Assembly (NCBI RefSeq): GCF_018977255.1
Contig: NW_024704743.1
Coordinates: 18,850,001-18,914,000 of the forward strand
From: Callorhinchus milii
Taxonomy: Eukaryota
Reading direction: 5' to 3'
Length of the DNA stretch: 64,000 bases
Part shown: piece by piece, positions 50,570-63,417 of the stretch
How positions within the stretch are numbered: position 1 is the stretch's first letter
Layout: each line of letters begins with the position of its first letter
The notes under the pieces: generated by a model
What the model was told of the DNA's origin: nothing
The model's input: only the letters and a program-made list of their open reading frames with translations
Databases searched by the model: none
Program-made: the position numbers and the translations under genes

Positions 50570-51414
50570 GATAAACCTATAAAATTGAAACATCTCAAAG
50601 TGCTTTACAATTAGTACTGTTAATGACTGTGAATTTGTAGGCAAATGCAATGACTAATTTGCACACACCAGTCAACCAGTCAGGAGGTAAATGGCCAATT
50701 TATCTGGAGTATTGTTGGCCAGGAGGAACTTCCCTATCTTTTCAAATCATTTCATAGGTTTTTAATGTCAACCTGATCAGTTTAAATACAATGCCTTTTA
50801 CATTTATATGGTGCCTATCACTTTTGGGGGATGTCTCAAAGAGTCTGATACTACTGATTGGGAGTCAAAGGGGCTGTAGAACCGATCGTGCGTTCAAAAA
50901 TTCTGTCTCATTTGAAGGTTGACACCTCTGCCACGCAGTGCTCCCCCAACACCACCCTGAAGCTTCAGCTTAGACTGTGAGTTTAAAGTCTCTGCAACCT
51001 TCTGACCCGAAAGTGAGAGTGCTTCCATCTCAGAAGTGAGAGTTATACCAGCTGAGCCACGCTGCGACTTGGCATATTCTGAAGGAGACAGATTCTGTTA
51101 TTGGATATATATTGGTGAATACATTTGTCCTGACTTCCAGTTTGGAGGAGGAATTGAATTTATATTTTGTACTGGGGCTGAGGTTGGTGCCAAACACCAC
51201 TTAGGTTATTAATGCTATTAAAGAGCTATTTGCTTAAAAACATTTAAAAGCTTATTTTTTTTAATTTTCAAAATTCCCTTTTGAATATTAGCTTCGGTAG
51301 AATTTATTCTGATTTATACTGCAACCGATTGCATACGTTCCGTGCGGAAACCAATCCCTGAGGTGGTTTCGGGAATGAAGCTCGGAATTGAATCGGTGCC
51401 TTCAAAATCTGATT

Positions 51415-51640
51415 GAAAGTTGTTACGGACTGGAATGCACTGCCTGAAAGGGCGGTGGAAACAGATTCAATAATAGCTTCCCGATAAAAGGGAATTAGAT
51501 ACTTAAAAAGGAAAAACATTGCAGGGCTCTGAGGTAAGAGCGGGGAAATGAGACTAGTTCGTAGCTCTTTCAAAGAGCCGGCACAGTCATGATAGGCCGA
51601 ATGGCCTCCTTTTGTGCTGTAAATTTCTATGATTCTATGA
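51415..51640 (+). mobile_element. CR1 3' end
   Basis: Similar to 30820-31015. Ends ttctatgattctatga (CR1-type short tandem tail). Confidence 0.9.
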
Positions 51641-51749
51641 AAGCAATTGAAGTTTTTGAGATGGTGAAGTGACAAAGTCAATGTTGGCAAATTGTTCACC
51701 TGATCCATGAAATTCAAATTACCGAGGACACAAGTTTAAATCATTCAGG

Positions 51750-52016
51750 AGCCCCCAGGCTCTGGAACTCCATCCCCCAGTGCCTTCGCCTTGCTTCCTC
51801 CCTTTCCTCCTTCAAGGCCGGTCTCAAGACCTTTCTCTTTGACCGCGCCTTCAGCTCCCCTCTCGACTCTCTACCCCCTCCTCGCTCCCTCCCTTCCCTC
51901 CCCTCACCCTGACCATTTCCCCCTGCTCGGGTCCTGACCCAACTGTCCAGCGCCTTGGGACGTCCTCCTGACGTGAAAGGCGCTCTATAAATGGAATCTT
52001 GTTGTTGTTGTTGTTG
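51750..52016 (+). mobile_element. Young L2 3' end
   Basis: ctctggaactccatcccc...gtccagcgccttgggacgtcctcctgacgtgaaaggcgc...(gtt)n. Confidence 0.92.
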
Positions 52017-55000
52017 AGTAGGTCGGAGGACAGCCTGAACTTTTTCCAAGAATGCAATTATAATGGATGGTGCAAATAGCATCAAGAGGCATCAGTTGTG
52101 TGTCTGCAAAGTGTGTAAAGGGAATTGACAGACAGCAGGGTCAAGAGCTCTTATAAAAGTATGATCCTGTTGGTTCCTATTAACGTTTCCTGTTCCGAAA
52201 CAATCTTGTGACCACTAACTATAAAAACAAGCTGCTGTAAACGGACGTTTTTTTCAGCTCATTGATCTATTAGGCTTCTTGGTTTTTTTTGGCCTGTAGC
52301 ATATTCTGTTCCATTAATCACCCATTTTTGCATAGAAAAAAGCTTCAATGGCATTTTTTAGTCCATGCATGTTAATTGAGAATAAGATGATGCATCATTT
52401 TACTTAAGTAAAACATATGCATATGGCTAACGCGATTAATGTGGTGTCTTGATGGCTACCTAACAATGTTTATGTTTTGTATAAAGGAAAGTGCATACGG
52501 TGTTTTAAGGGATTACTTAACTTGAGCTACAGACTCTGTTAACATTATCTGCCCTGTACAATGCTGAGGCTTAGAACTGCAGTAGCACTGCAAATCTTAC
52601 TAAGAATGCTTTTTGTGTCAACAGCGAGATTTTCTGTCGGTAAATTCAACCTGCCCTTGATGGATAGATCTGAAAACAAGCGCTTCACTTGTAGGTTATT
52701 TAATACTTATAAGAATATGTGTATACTTGGAGTGCACCTTCAATGGGTAGACCCAGATGACATCTGCAGTCATGCAAGATAATGGACCTGGGACAGACAG
52801 GATAGTGAGACACTGAATAAAATGCTGCCAAAAAGAACTTTAAAGTTGTTTTTGGCTCCTACATTAAGAATAACCAGAAATCAGAACCAGGAATCTGAGC
52901 CAAAGGAAGAATAGACAGCATTCATGTCAATTGATGGTACTGGCTATTAGTTATAAGGAAAAATTAAACTACAGTATGAACAACTTCAGCATAAAAATAG
53001 AATATGTATAGAACAATAGGTTATTCATTAGATAAACTGTTAACCTTAAAAACATGGGCAGCAATGCTTAGTCTCCCAGTGTCGCCCAGATTCAAAGGAA
53101 GAGTAAAATATAGGCTGGAATGGGTATCACAATATTCTATTGAGTTTTGTTACTGAAAATTGGAATACAGGGAGAATATTTCAGTGTGCTTCCTGTCCAA
53201 CATGCCTGCTTGCTCCTTTCCTGCTCAGTTTCCTCTAGGTTGCTGTTCAACAACATGATAAGACACTATATCAAATGCAAGAATTATTATTAACCTGTCT
53301 CCCTATCCCACTTTCTTCCATAAGTGCTTTGGGACGTTCTCCCGACGTGAAAAGCGCTATATCAAATGCAAGGATTATTATTATTATAATCAGCCCCTCA
53401 AAAATGTCTCCTTTCACTGTTCGGCAATCACTGCTACACTAAGTCAGAAAATGGGACCTAAATGGGAATCGCCGTAGTAGTAGTCTGATCCATTCCCTAC
53501 AGTAAGATAGATTGTACAAAAGAAGGAGTGGAAACTGGCAGTTCAAGTAGAGAGGAAAACAGAGAAGGTAATCAGTGAAGGGGAGACATTGGAGAAGAGA
53601 AGGATGTTGGAAATCAGAGACATAGAGGGAAGGGGGAAGCGAGGAAAGCAAAAAGCAAAGTAAAAGAAGAGGGAATAAATAAACAGCAGGTAAGCGAGTA
53701 AGTGACAAGAAGCAAAAATAAATTACAGAAAACGAACCAAGCTAAGGGTAATTTTTAAATAGTATTATAACAAATCACTATTGAAAGAAATAAAATGAAA
53801 ATGGAAGCGTATTTGTTTTATACACTTTATTTAGTGTGCTTGCCAAAATATAAACAGATGCTAACAGAGCAATGTTCCAAATGAACTTGCAAACTCATGT
53901 ACTTTCACACCTGTGGAATAACCCCAGACCACATTGCAGTTAGTATTGTATCCGGTTTCCAATGTAAAATAGATTTCTGTGTTTGTGTTTGTTTTGTAAT
54001 GCCATCCGCTGTAGTGACAGGTTCTGACTAACAGAATCAATTGTACTTACAGTATTACACCACCTAAATACTGGCTGCTTTCAAAATAAATCACAAGCAG
54101 ATTATTATATTCTCGACTGTAACTCATTGCATTTTCATCAAATTTATTGATGTAACCTGGAATTTTGGCAACTTTGGTAAACAGCAACAACAAATTACAC
54201 TCATATACCAACCTTCACGTTGGAAAGCGGACGGAGCAGACAAACTGATTTGGGGTTAGGAGGGTGGAGAGGTACAGGGGAGCAAGACTGTGAAGGGCTT
54301 TGAAGGTGAGAACGAGGGTTTTCTACTCGATTCTCTGAGGGAAGTGAAGCCGAGCAAGAACGGGGGTGATTGGTTAAAGTAAATCTGTCTAGCATAAAAC
54401 TGATAATTTAAATATTGTGAATACAGTGTAGGCATTTACTGCGCACACAATAAGGGAAAAGTCCTTCCTTCATCGTCATTATTATTATGTTCTCAGTAGG
54501 ACCCGCTGCACAAGTTTCCGTTTTTTCAAAGCAGCTTCAAAACATGCCATACATAGAGTATCACCCTTTCAAGGGATACATTTTTTAAAAATTAGAACAA
54601 CAGTAATTTGTATTTATGTGCACTCTGGGATGCTATCCTGCGTGAGGAGTGTGATATAACTGCAAGTTGTTATTTTGTAGTGCCATTCACAAGGAATGGC
54701 ATCTAGGAGCACTTAGTAGAGCTTCCTACTGAGACTCCTGTATGTGCAAGCTGGAAGAGGAAGTGTGGAAAAAGGAGGTAAAACAAATGAATCACTGGAA
54801 CACGTTGCCAGGAAGTGTGGTTGAGGCCAGGACATTGGAACTCGTTATAAAAAAAATCGGCTTGATGACATGATGGGAATCTATGTATTTTGTAAAGATC
54901 AGATGGGCCGAATGGCCTTTTTCATCCAAAGCGATTTTGTGATCTTGTGATATTTAAAACCTGATGTACAATTACTGACTTAAGCCTGAATTAATTAAAA

Positions 55001-55435
55001 AAAATAAGAGTTGAAAGTAAATGTGAACAACGTTAGTGTTGTTAAAACTGGGCAAACAAATGTCAATACTGTATTTTATTTATTTTCCACCCTACTGCGA
55101 GGTGATGATGTATTCTGAAGTATGGCTGGCCTCACTCTTACAGCCATTCTTCATGGGCGACTGTTGGTGAGCTGCTTGATAAGCCCGCCCACCGTCAACA
55201 GCACATGCAGTGCGCATTTTCCAGCAGTAGTCACTGGGTAGAGAAGATAGAATTACAATCATTTATTCTACAGCACGGAATCACCATTCGGCCCAACTAG
55301 TGTGTGCTAGCATTTATACTCCACATGAGCCTCCACACATCCTAATCCCAAGCCACCCCAGGCTCCCCCCCTAACCCCTCTATCCTTTCTCTTTCATATA
55401 TGCAGGAGCAGGAATTCTGCTTTGTATCCTAAGTA

Positions 55436-55763
55436 ACTACCAACCTGCCCGCTCCCTCCATTCAGCGGGCTCCAGCCTGCTCCATGTCTCCCGCCCGTCC
55501 CACCCTATCATCGGTGGCCGAGCTGTCAGCCTCTCTGCCCCCACACTCTGGAACTCCATCCCATAGTCCCTTCGGCTCACTTCCTCCCTTGCCTCCTTCA
55601 AGGCCAGTCTCAAGAGCCTCCTCTTCGATCGTGCTCCCACCTCTCTGCCTTCCCTCACCCTTACCTCACCCTTCCCCCAAGCTCAGGTCCTGACCGTCCA
55701 GCACCTTGGGATGTCCTCCCGACATGAAAGGCGCACTATAAATGTAATTTTGTTGTTGTTGTT
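55436..55763 (+). mobile_element. L2 3' end
   Basis: Same family as 33570-33884, with a (GTT)n tail. Confidence 0.92.
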
Positions 55764-55896
55764 ACAGTTCTGATGAAGGGTCATGGACCCGAAACATTGA
55801 CTCACTTTCCTTTCTCCATAGATGCTGACTGACCTGTTGAGTGTTCCCAGCGACATCTGTTTTTGTTTCAGATTTCCAGCATCCGCAGTATTTTGT
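55764..55896 (+). mobile_element. Penelope-like terminal-repeat relic carrying a minimal hammerhead-ribozyme-like motif (55766-55802)
   Basis: CTGATGA-A-GGGTC-atg-GACCC-GAAAC, followed by agatgctg..tgacctg.tgagt..ccagc, a pattern I recall from fish and shark Penelope-like repeats. Confidence 0.65.
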
Positions 55897-56319
55897 GTTC
55901 CATTTACTGTAACGTTTTTTTCCTAAAATCATTACAGTATGTTATATTTTAATCCATAAGCAAGTCTCATTGTGGGTGTCTTGGATAAAATATTGATGGA
56001 ATTTGAATTGATTGCAGGACTGTACCAAAGTAATATAAGTGGATTGAATTATGCATAAATCTGCAGTTATTTCTGACATGAGAGCTTGTTCAGCAGTTGG
56101 GCTTTTGGAATCCATCAACAGGGAACACACTATATCACACTACCCTTAAATAAATAAAAACTAAACTTTGCATTTGATATATCATCAAAACATCTTAGGG
56201 CATTTTACAGTAATTATTGGTAAGTGACTATTTTTCATAGACTTAACAGCTGCATTTACACATTGCAAAATCCCACGTTAGGCAAACAATGTTTTGATTT
56301 GGTGGATTATTGACCAGGA

Positions 56320-56580
56320 GGGCACATGGAACAGGCCGGAGCCTGATGAACGAAGTGAGCGGACAGGTCGGTATGGAGTTAGCAGGTCACAGAGGTAGGG
56401 AGGAACAAAGCCACAGAGGGCTTTCAAAACAAGAATGAGGATTTTGAACTCTATCCTCTAGGGGATGGGGAGCGAGTGGAGCTTGGTGAAGGTGGGGGTG
56501 ATAGGTTCACGAAGAAGACATGAGCTGCAGAGTTCTGAATGATTTGCAGCTTGTGAAAAGAAGAGTTGGGAAGAGCTCTG
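56320..56580 (-). mobile_element. Decayed L2 fragment
   Basis: gaggattttgaactctatcc...gagtggagc...gctgcagagttctgaat (reverse complement of the QNSAA...LHWLP...FKIL region). Confidence 0.8.
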
Positions 56581-57960
56581 GGAGAATTCTGATCACAATT
56601 AATCATCGTACATATTGTACAGCCAATTATAATTAATTCTTTCTAATTGTACACTATCTTCAATGAACTTGTCTCTATACATTATTGATCAGCATGGGAG
56701 AGGATACACAGCTGCATTGTTGAAGTGAAGGAAAATATCAGGTTATTTTATTTAATATTCTTTGGCTTGATTTTTCCCACTAACTTAGCACAGGTCATGG
56801 ATCAAACTTGAGAACTGGCTCGGTTTCACACTTAGAAGTGTTTTTTTTTATCAGCTGAGTCATCATTTGTATTAATTTATGATCCAACCAAACAGCCTAA
56901 AATTATGATATTTAATACTGATGGCCATGCTTTTTTTTAATCTTTCCTCCTTCCTTGAAGGCAGTGACTCTTTCTGGGTTACAGGTCCATATGTGATAGA
57001 GAAACTCCATTATTTTGCTCAATGGATCATTTTTCACATGTGAATTGAGACATGCTCAGGTCATTGCATACCAATGAGAGGAATATCCCAAACATTGCTG
57101 TATCTGAAAAGAGAAGGCAATTTCTCCCAGTGTTGTGGTTAACAATCCACCAGATTAATCAGTTGTTCAACCGATGGCTGGATGTAGGGCTTAGCAATAC
57201 AAAAAATGGCTGCCACTTTTGGTCTATGTAAACAGTGATCATTAATAATAATATTAATCATTGCATTTGATATAGCACATTATCATGTTATCGAGGTGTC
57301 TCAAAGCGCTTTGTAGAATTTACTGTAATGTGTAGTGACTGTGTAACTGTGTATTTTGTAGGTGAATGCAACAACTGTTCTGTACACAACAATGACCCAC
57401 AAATAGCCATGAAGTAAATCATAGTTTTATCTGATGTTGAAGTGTTGGCCAGGCCATGGGAATTGTTAGTCATTTCGCTTACTCGTAACCCTGGTGTTAA
57501 TGGTTTTGAATTCCCTGCCTGGGGCCATTGGTTCTAAACTATTCTACTTTTTCAACAAGAACAACATCAATTTTCATTCATATAGCACCCCTCGCAGATG
57601 ACCTGAAGATGGGGAAAGAAGGGGCAAGGCGGAGGGATAGAGGAGAGTGTTCCAGAGTTTTGAGGCGTAGTGCGGTCACCGATGGTGGAACGAAAGGCAC
57701 GAGGGACATGCATGAGGCTGGAGCCGGTCAATCTGAGGCAGTGGGTAGTGGGTTGGGGAATAAGCAGGTTTCTAGGGTTATAATAAGCTATAACAGGATT
57801 TTTTCTGCCGCCCCCCCCCCCACCCCACACCCTCCTTTCCAGGTTGCTGCTGACAGTCTTTTAGCAGTTTGCCCTTATTACTTTCTACGTGTATGTCTGT
57901 GTGCCTTTGTTTTGTTTAGACACAACCCAACTTGTTTTAATTTGGAGACAATGACAACGT

Positions 57961-58282
57961 GAGTCCTGTAGCTCAGTGGTTAGAGCACTCGCTTTGCAAG
58001 TGAGAGACCTGAGTTCAATTCCAGGCAGAGGGCGAAACCTTGGGCAAGTTTCCTTACTCCACACGCCTAATAATAATCCCTCCAAAAAAACAAAAACAAT
58101 AATAAATTGGTCATTTTCAATCTACGACTGTTTGTGGGACATTGCTGTGCGCAATTGGCTGCCGCGTTTGCCCACAAATATACAGTCAATTCACTTTACA
58201 GTATATTCTGTGAAGCGCTTTGAGATGTCTAGAAGACGTGAAAAGCGCTATATCAAGTGCAAGGATTATTATTATTATTATT
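57961..58282 (+). mobile_element. Family-B SINE, young short variant, full length (best reference copy)
   Basis: A box TAGCTCAGTGG, anticodon-like loop TTTGCAA (Ala-TGC-like), B box GAGTTCAATTCC, Deu-like 3' body, stem-loop and (ATT)n tail. Confidence 0.96.
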
Positions 58283-59941
58283 AACGTCCCTGTGAGTTCT
58301 CTCCATCCATGAAGCACAGAAATTTACAGCGCAGAGGAGATCATTCGGCTCATCAAGTCTGTAACAGCTCTCAGAGCAAGCTGTCCATTGAGTTGCACTG
58401 CCTCAACCCTCCCCATTACCATTTTCACCAGCCGTCTATGCCCTTTACCCCTTCAAGTCTTTATCTTTCATATACGTGTCTAGTGCTACCCTGCGTAATG
58501 GGTGCTAATATAACTGCAAGTTGTTGTTGTTATTGACTAGTTATAGTGAACATTTGCCCCTGTAAGTAGTTCCACTTCACTAACTGGAGTACCACATTCT
58601 TAGCTTTCATATTATCCACCTCCCTTTTTGCTTTCCCAGTGTCCAAAAGGTGCTGAAATTGGACTCAATGCATGACTCATATGTGTTTGAGTAATAAATT
58701 GTCTATTAGCACCATTTTGGAAGAGGAAGTAGAGCTTCGCACTGTGGGAGCTGTGAATTTAACAGCAGGTTCCTTCCGCCAAACAAAACGAGAGTTAAAT
58801 TGCCTGTGCTGATTCTAAAAAGGATGGAATTGTATTTAAAAAGAAAGAACTTGCATTTTCCTAACATCTTATCACATCTGAAAGCAGTTCACTGTAATCT
58901 GTCAAGATTAGTATATTTTTTGTTATCATTTGCAATGGTCATTCTCCACACAGCAGGGTTGCATAAATTAATAATAATAATATAATAATATTGCCATGAG
59001 GTCAAAGACAAATACACCTGCAGAATTATTGGATCCACCTGAAAGATTCACCTGAAGGATCCAGCGCTTTGGGACGTCCTTCCAACGTAAAAGGCACAAT
59101 ATAAATGCAATTTTATTATTGTTGGCCAGCACACTGGGAAAAATTCCATCCTCTTTTCAAATAGTGTCGTAGGATTTTTAGCAAGAATAAGCTTTGGTTC
59201 ATTGTTCAATTTAAAGGTAGGAAGACTGTACCTAAACACTACCCATCATAACCTTTTAATTTTATTTTGAAGAACAATGATTGTTCTATGGTGTATTCTG
59301 TGTCAGTAGTACCATAGAAATTTACAGTATGGAAGAAGGTGCCTTGTCCCATTGTGTTGTGCTGGCTCTTTGAAAAAGTATTCTATTCATTCCTATTTAA
59401 CCTGCCTTTTCAACAATAACAACTTGTATTTATATAGTACCATTCAGGTAGAAACACATCTCTGAGTGTTTGTCTACACCCCTGCAAATTACTCCTTTAT
59501 AGATATCTATCTAGTTCTCTCCTGCAAGTGAATGTGAATTCTGCATCAACTTACAGTTCGGCATTTCACATCCTAACAACTCTGTAAAAAAACAACAAAA
59601 AAACATCCTAACCTTCCCCTTTTACTCCCATGTTAACTATAGAACTGTAGAAATTTACAACATTTACAACATAGACCATTCATAGGTTAGCAATTTTGGA
59701 TCTGATGCCACCTCAGTTGTTAAACTACTGTTAATGTTACATGTTAAACACAAAAACAATTAGTTACATTTGTATAGCGCCTTTCATGTCAGGTGGACAT
59801 CTAAAGGCGCTGAGACAAAATTATCTTTTGTCCCCATTATCAGAATTAATCTAAGAACACAAATCATTGGATGCTTATATCAGCTCTATTTTCAATTGTA
59901 ATCATTGGGATCTGCTTTGTGATTTGTGCAAATACATTTGT

Positions 59942-60470
59942 ATAGGAATATAGGAACAGGAATAGGCCATTCAGCCCCTTGGATCTGTTCCACCATTCTA
60001 TAAGAGCATGACTGATCTGTACCTCAACTCCAATTATCGCCCTTGCCCCAAATCCCTTGATAACCTTACCGAACAAATATCTATCCACTTCAGTCTCGAA
60101 AATTTGAATGGATCCAGCATCCACAGCCTTTTGGGGTGAGAGTTCCAGATTTCAACTACCCTTTGGGTGAAACACTATTTCCTGATTTCACTCCTAAATG
60201 CCCTAACTCTAATGTTAAGATTATATTACCTTGTTCTGGATTCCCCCACCAGAAGAAATCTACCCTATTGAATGCCTTTAGTATTTTAAAAACCTCAATT
60301 AGATCACCCCTTAACGTTCTAAACTCAAGGGAATACAGATCAGGTTTATGCAACTTGTCCTCAAACCCTGGTGACATTCTGGCGATCTGGGCTGCACCTC
60401 CTCTGGAGCCAATATATCCTTCCTGAGGTGTGGTGCCCAAAACCGAACGAATGATGGGCCTTGTGTAAAT
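59942..60470 (-). mobile_element. CR1 3' fragment
   Basis: LYSLEFRTLRGDLIEVFKIL on the minus strand. Same subfamily as 38216-39052. Confidence 0.9.
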
Positions 60471-62179
60471 CATGTGCAAATAAGAATGTGTACACAGGAA
60501 ATTACAGATGCCCTGAATAAAGTAATTATTCCTTTACGACTGAGAAGAATCAGTTCAATCAGGAAGAGGAACAAGAGAAATAACATTTCTGACAATCCAT
60601 CACTCTCTGAAAAGACAATACTGTGGGATATGTGAGCAGGAGAGCAATAATCTTCAATAACTTCTGTCAGGAGATAGATCTAATTTTTCAGTGGTGAAAG
60701 TTACACAGGCACAGATTCCTCTGTTCAGAGAAGATCAGCAAAATGGACAGCTTGTGTTCAACAGATAAGATCCCAGGGCTCAAACCCCCTGGCCTGTCTA
60801 TTCCCTGAATATTCCCTTCATGAGGAAACCACTGTTCACTTGTCAGTTTTGTGAAAGTCAGAGAAGAAAGAGCCAGGGTCATTCTGAATTACCTTTTATT
60901 ACCTATAAACAAGCTTTAGTTTTCAGATTTGTTTTGTCTGGTAATAATTCCTCTCTTCACATTCCCAGACAGGAAAGATTTGTAATAACAGATACAGGGA
61001 GATTCTGAAATTGCAGTACCCAATTTAAAATGGACTTGATATTGAGAAGGAAAGTTTAGTGCAAAAGGCTATTTTGATTCCTAAATCAAAGCAATTTTAG
61101 TATATTCATAGTAGCACAGAAACATGACTTGTAAATGTCAAGTTAGTATGCAAAATGCACCACCCAAACAGTGTATAATGTATAATAATGTTGGAGAGCT
61201 TTGTTCTTTAGTTAGCAAGTAGGAAGACTATTCTACCTTGTGTTATTTGACCATAATACACATTCTAATATTTCACAGTAAAGTCTTGAGAAGCGCTTCT
61301 ATATTAAATGCAAATATTTTTTATTATTATTATTCTGTGTGTCGTTAGATGAGGAGTAAAAATCACTTGTGTGAAACTGCAAGAAGAAAACGATTCGTAG
61401 TGAAACACGCTTGATGTCAGATTCATAAAGGAAGTCTGGAAGACAAAACACAGAAATTTATAGCGCAGAAGAAGGGCATTTGGCTCATTGTGTTGAACTA
61501 TCAGATGCTTGTTGATATGCTGTTCCTCTTTAATAACCTTTTTTATTCTTGATGTAGTTTTTTTGAAAGTTTACAACAGAAATGATTTACCACTTTGAGA
61601 TGTTTTGATGACATGATATGGCGCTATATCAAATGCAAGGATTATTGGTATTACATTATAAATGCTGTGCTTAAGAAACAGTTATGGCATCTGAAGAATG
61701 CAGAACGAAAGCCCCCTGATACTCCATAATGATGGAGTAAAGACTAAAACAGAAAAGAAACCATGAGCAAGACTGACAATTAAGTACAACACACCTCCCC
61801 ACTAAGAAAGAGCTTTTATTACATCAATAAATGGAAGACCATTTCATCTTGGGAACAAGGAATTTAGAAAGAATTGTCTGTGAGTGATAGAGCACATTGT
61901 TCTCATTTTAGCATTTACTTTAGAAAAAGATGACAAGCATTGTTAAAACCACTTTACTTGGATTATTGATTTGAAAAAACATTACTTTGCAAAGCTACGT
62001 TCTTCAACTCGGGATTGTGCAAATAATAGGCTGACAGTTTTTCAGTGGAGCTTCATGTAACATTAGGAAAGATTTGAGGGTATTTCTTAACAGATTTCCA
62101 AATGAAGAAATCAGTTAAATATACTATGACAAAATTGTTCCTGATCTTACAAAAACATCAACAAATTGAATTTCTGTGT

Positions 62180-62710
62180 CTAAGGTGCTGGACAGTTGAG
62201 GGTTTTCACCCAAACTCGGGAATGGATTTGGAAGGGTGGGGGCCAAGGGGGGTGAGGGAGAGAAGTTGACTGAAGGTGCAGTCAAAGAGAAAGCACTTGA
62301 GAAAGACCTTGAAGGAGGAGAGGGAAGGGTGAGTCGAAAGGAGACCCCGGGAGGGAGTTCCAGAGGGTGAGACTTATAGGCTAAAAGCCAAATGCAGATG
62401 GTGAGATGGGCAGGGCAAGGGACATGAATCAGGCCAATGCCTGCCAAGGAGAGGGAGCAGGCAGGTTGGTAGGGTTTAAGAAGGCTCAGGTGGGGCAAGA
62501 CCATGGAGGGTTTTAAAAGTGAGGACAAGGATTTTGAACACAGTCCTCTGGGGGATGAGGATGTAGTGGAGCAGGGTAAGGATGGAGGGTGATAGGCTCA
62601 TAGAGCATTGTGCAGGAGAGAACATGAGCTGCAGAGTTCTGTATGGTCTGCAACGTTTGAGGGCAGAGTTTGGATGTCTAGCTAGCAGAGAGTTGGCATA
62701 GTCTAGCCTC
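62180..62710 (-). mobile_element. Decayed L2 3' fragment
   Basis: gggagttccagagg, aggattttgaac, gctgcagagttctg, gcatagtctagcct (reverse complement of RLDYAN). Confidence 0.85.
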
Positions 62711-63417
62711 GTCTAGAATTTGAGGAATGTTAGTTTGAAAAGGACACCCTCAATATGTATAAACTTTAATTGAACAGAACATACATTGACATAATTTGGG
62801 TTGTGTCATTCCCATTCCCTAATAGCTATAGACATTCGTAAAGCATATGTAACAAGACATTCCATGTACTTCTCTGCCAAAGAAGTAATTAGAAGGTAAT
62901 TGAAATTTTGGGAACATTTAAAGGTGTATTTCCTTAAAATACACACAGTACTAAATTCTACAGGATTCTTTTTGACATAAAATACCAACACATTAATAGG
63001 AGTTCAATTCTGCCCCCACCCGCCTTGATTTCACTTGAAATAGACAGGGTTTCAGTAGTCCTACAAAATCCTATGCATTTTGGGTGCATTTCCATCACAC
63101 TCCAATAACTTATGGAAAAGGCTCCTAGGAACAGACTTGTAGTACCAAACACTGCACTGGAGAATACACAGACATAGGAAGAAACATTCAAAAATGTTTT
63201 TGGCAACACTTGCCTATGGTAAGTAGCTGCTAACAGAACTTTTACATATCTCCTAGTCTTAGTCCTTGCATTTGGCCATCTGCAGGATACATTGCCCCAA
63301 TGTTTGGAAGGTGGTGAAGTGTGCGGTGTTGCTGGATACAAATAAGACATCGTCAAGCTTATGTCACTGCAGAGACTGATAGGGAAATAAGATACATGAC
63401 CTGTCAATGGCACTTTA

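Noticed and set aside
54201..54395. ORF beginning MLDR, like the beta-2b N-terminus
   Set aside because: It is on the minus strand and continues into L2 sequence. Canonical beta-2a, 2b and 2e first exons were not found in this window by eye.
57961..58032. tRNA-Ala-like gene (also the other SINE heads)
   Set aside because: The acceptor stem does not close properly and the sequence continues into SINE body and tail in many copies. These are SINE heads, not tRNA genes.
60520..61020. Possible decayed coding sequence of another transposon
   Set aside because: No recognisable motif in any frame, so it cannot be supported without a profile search.
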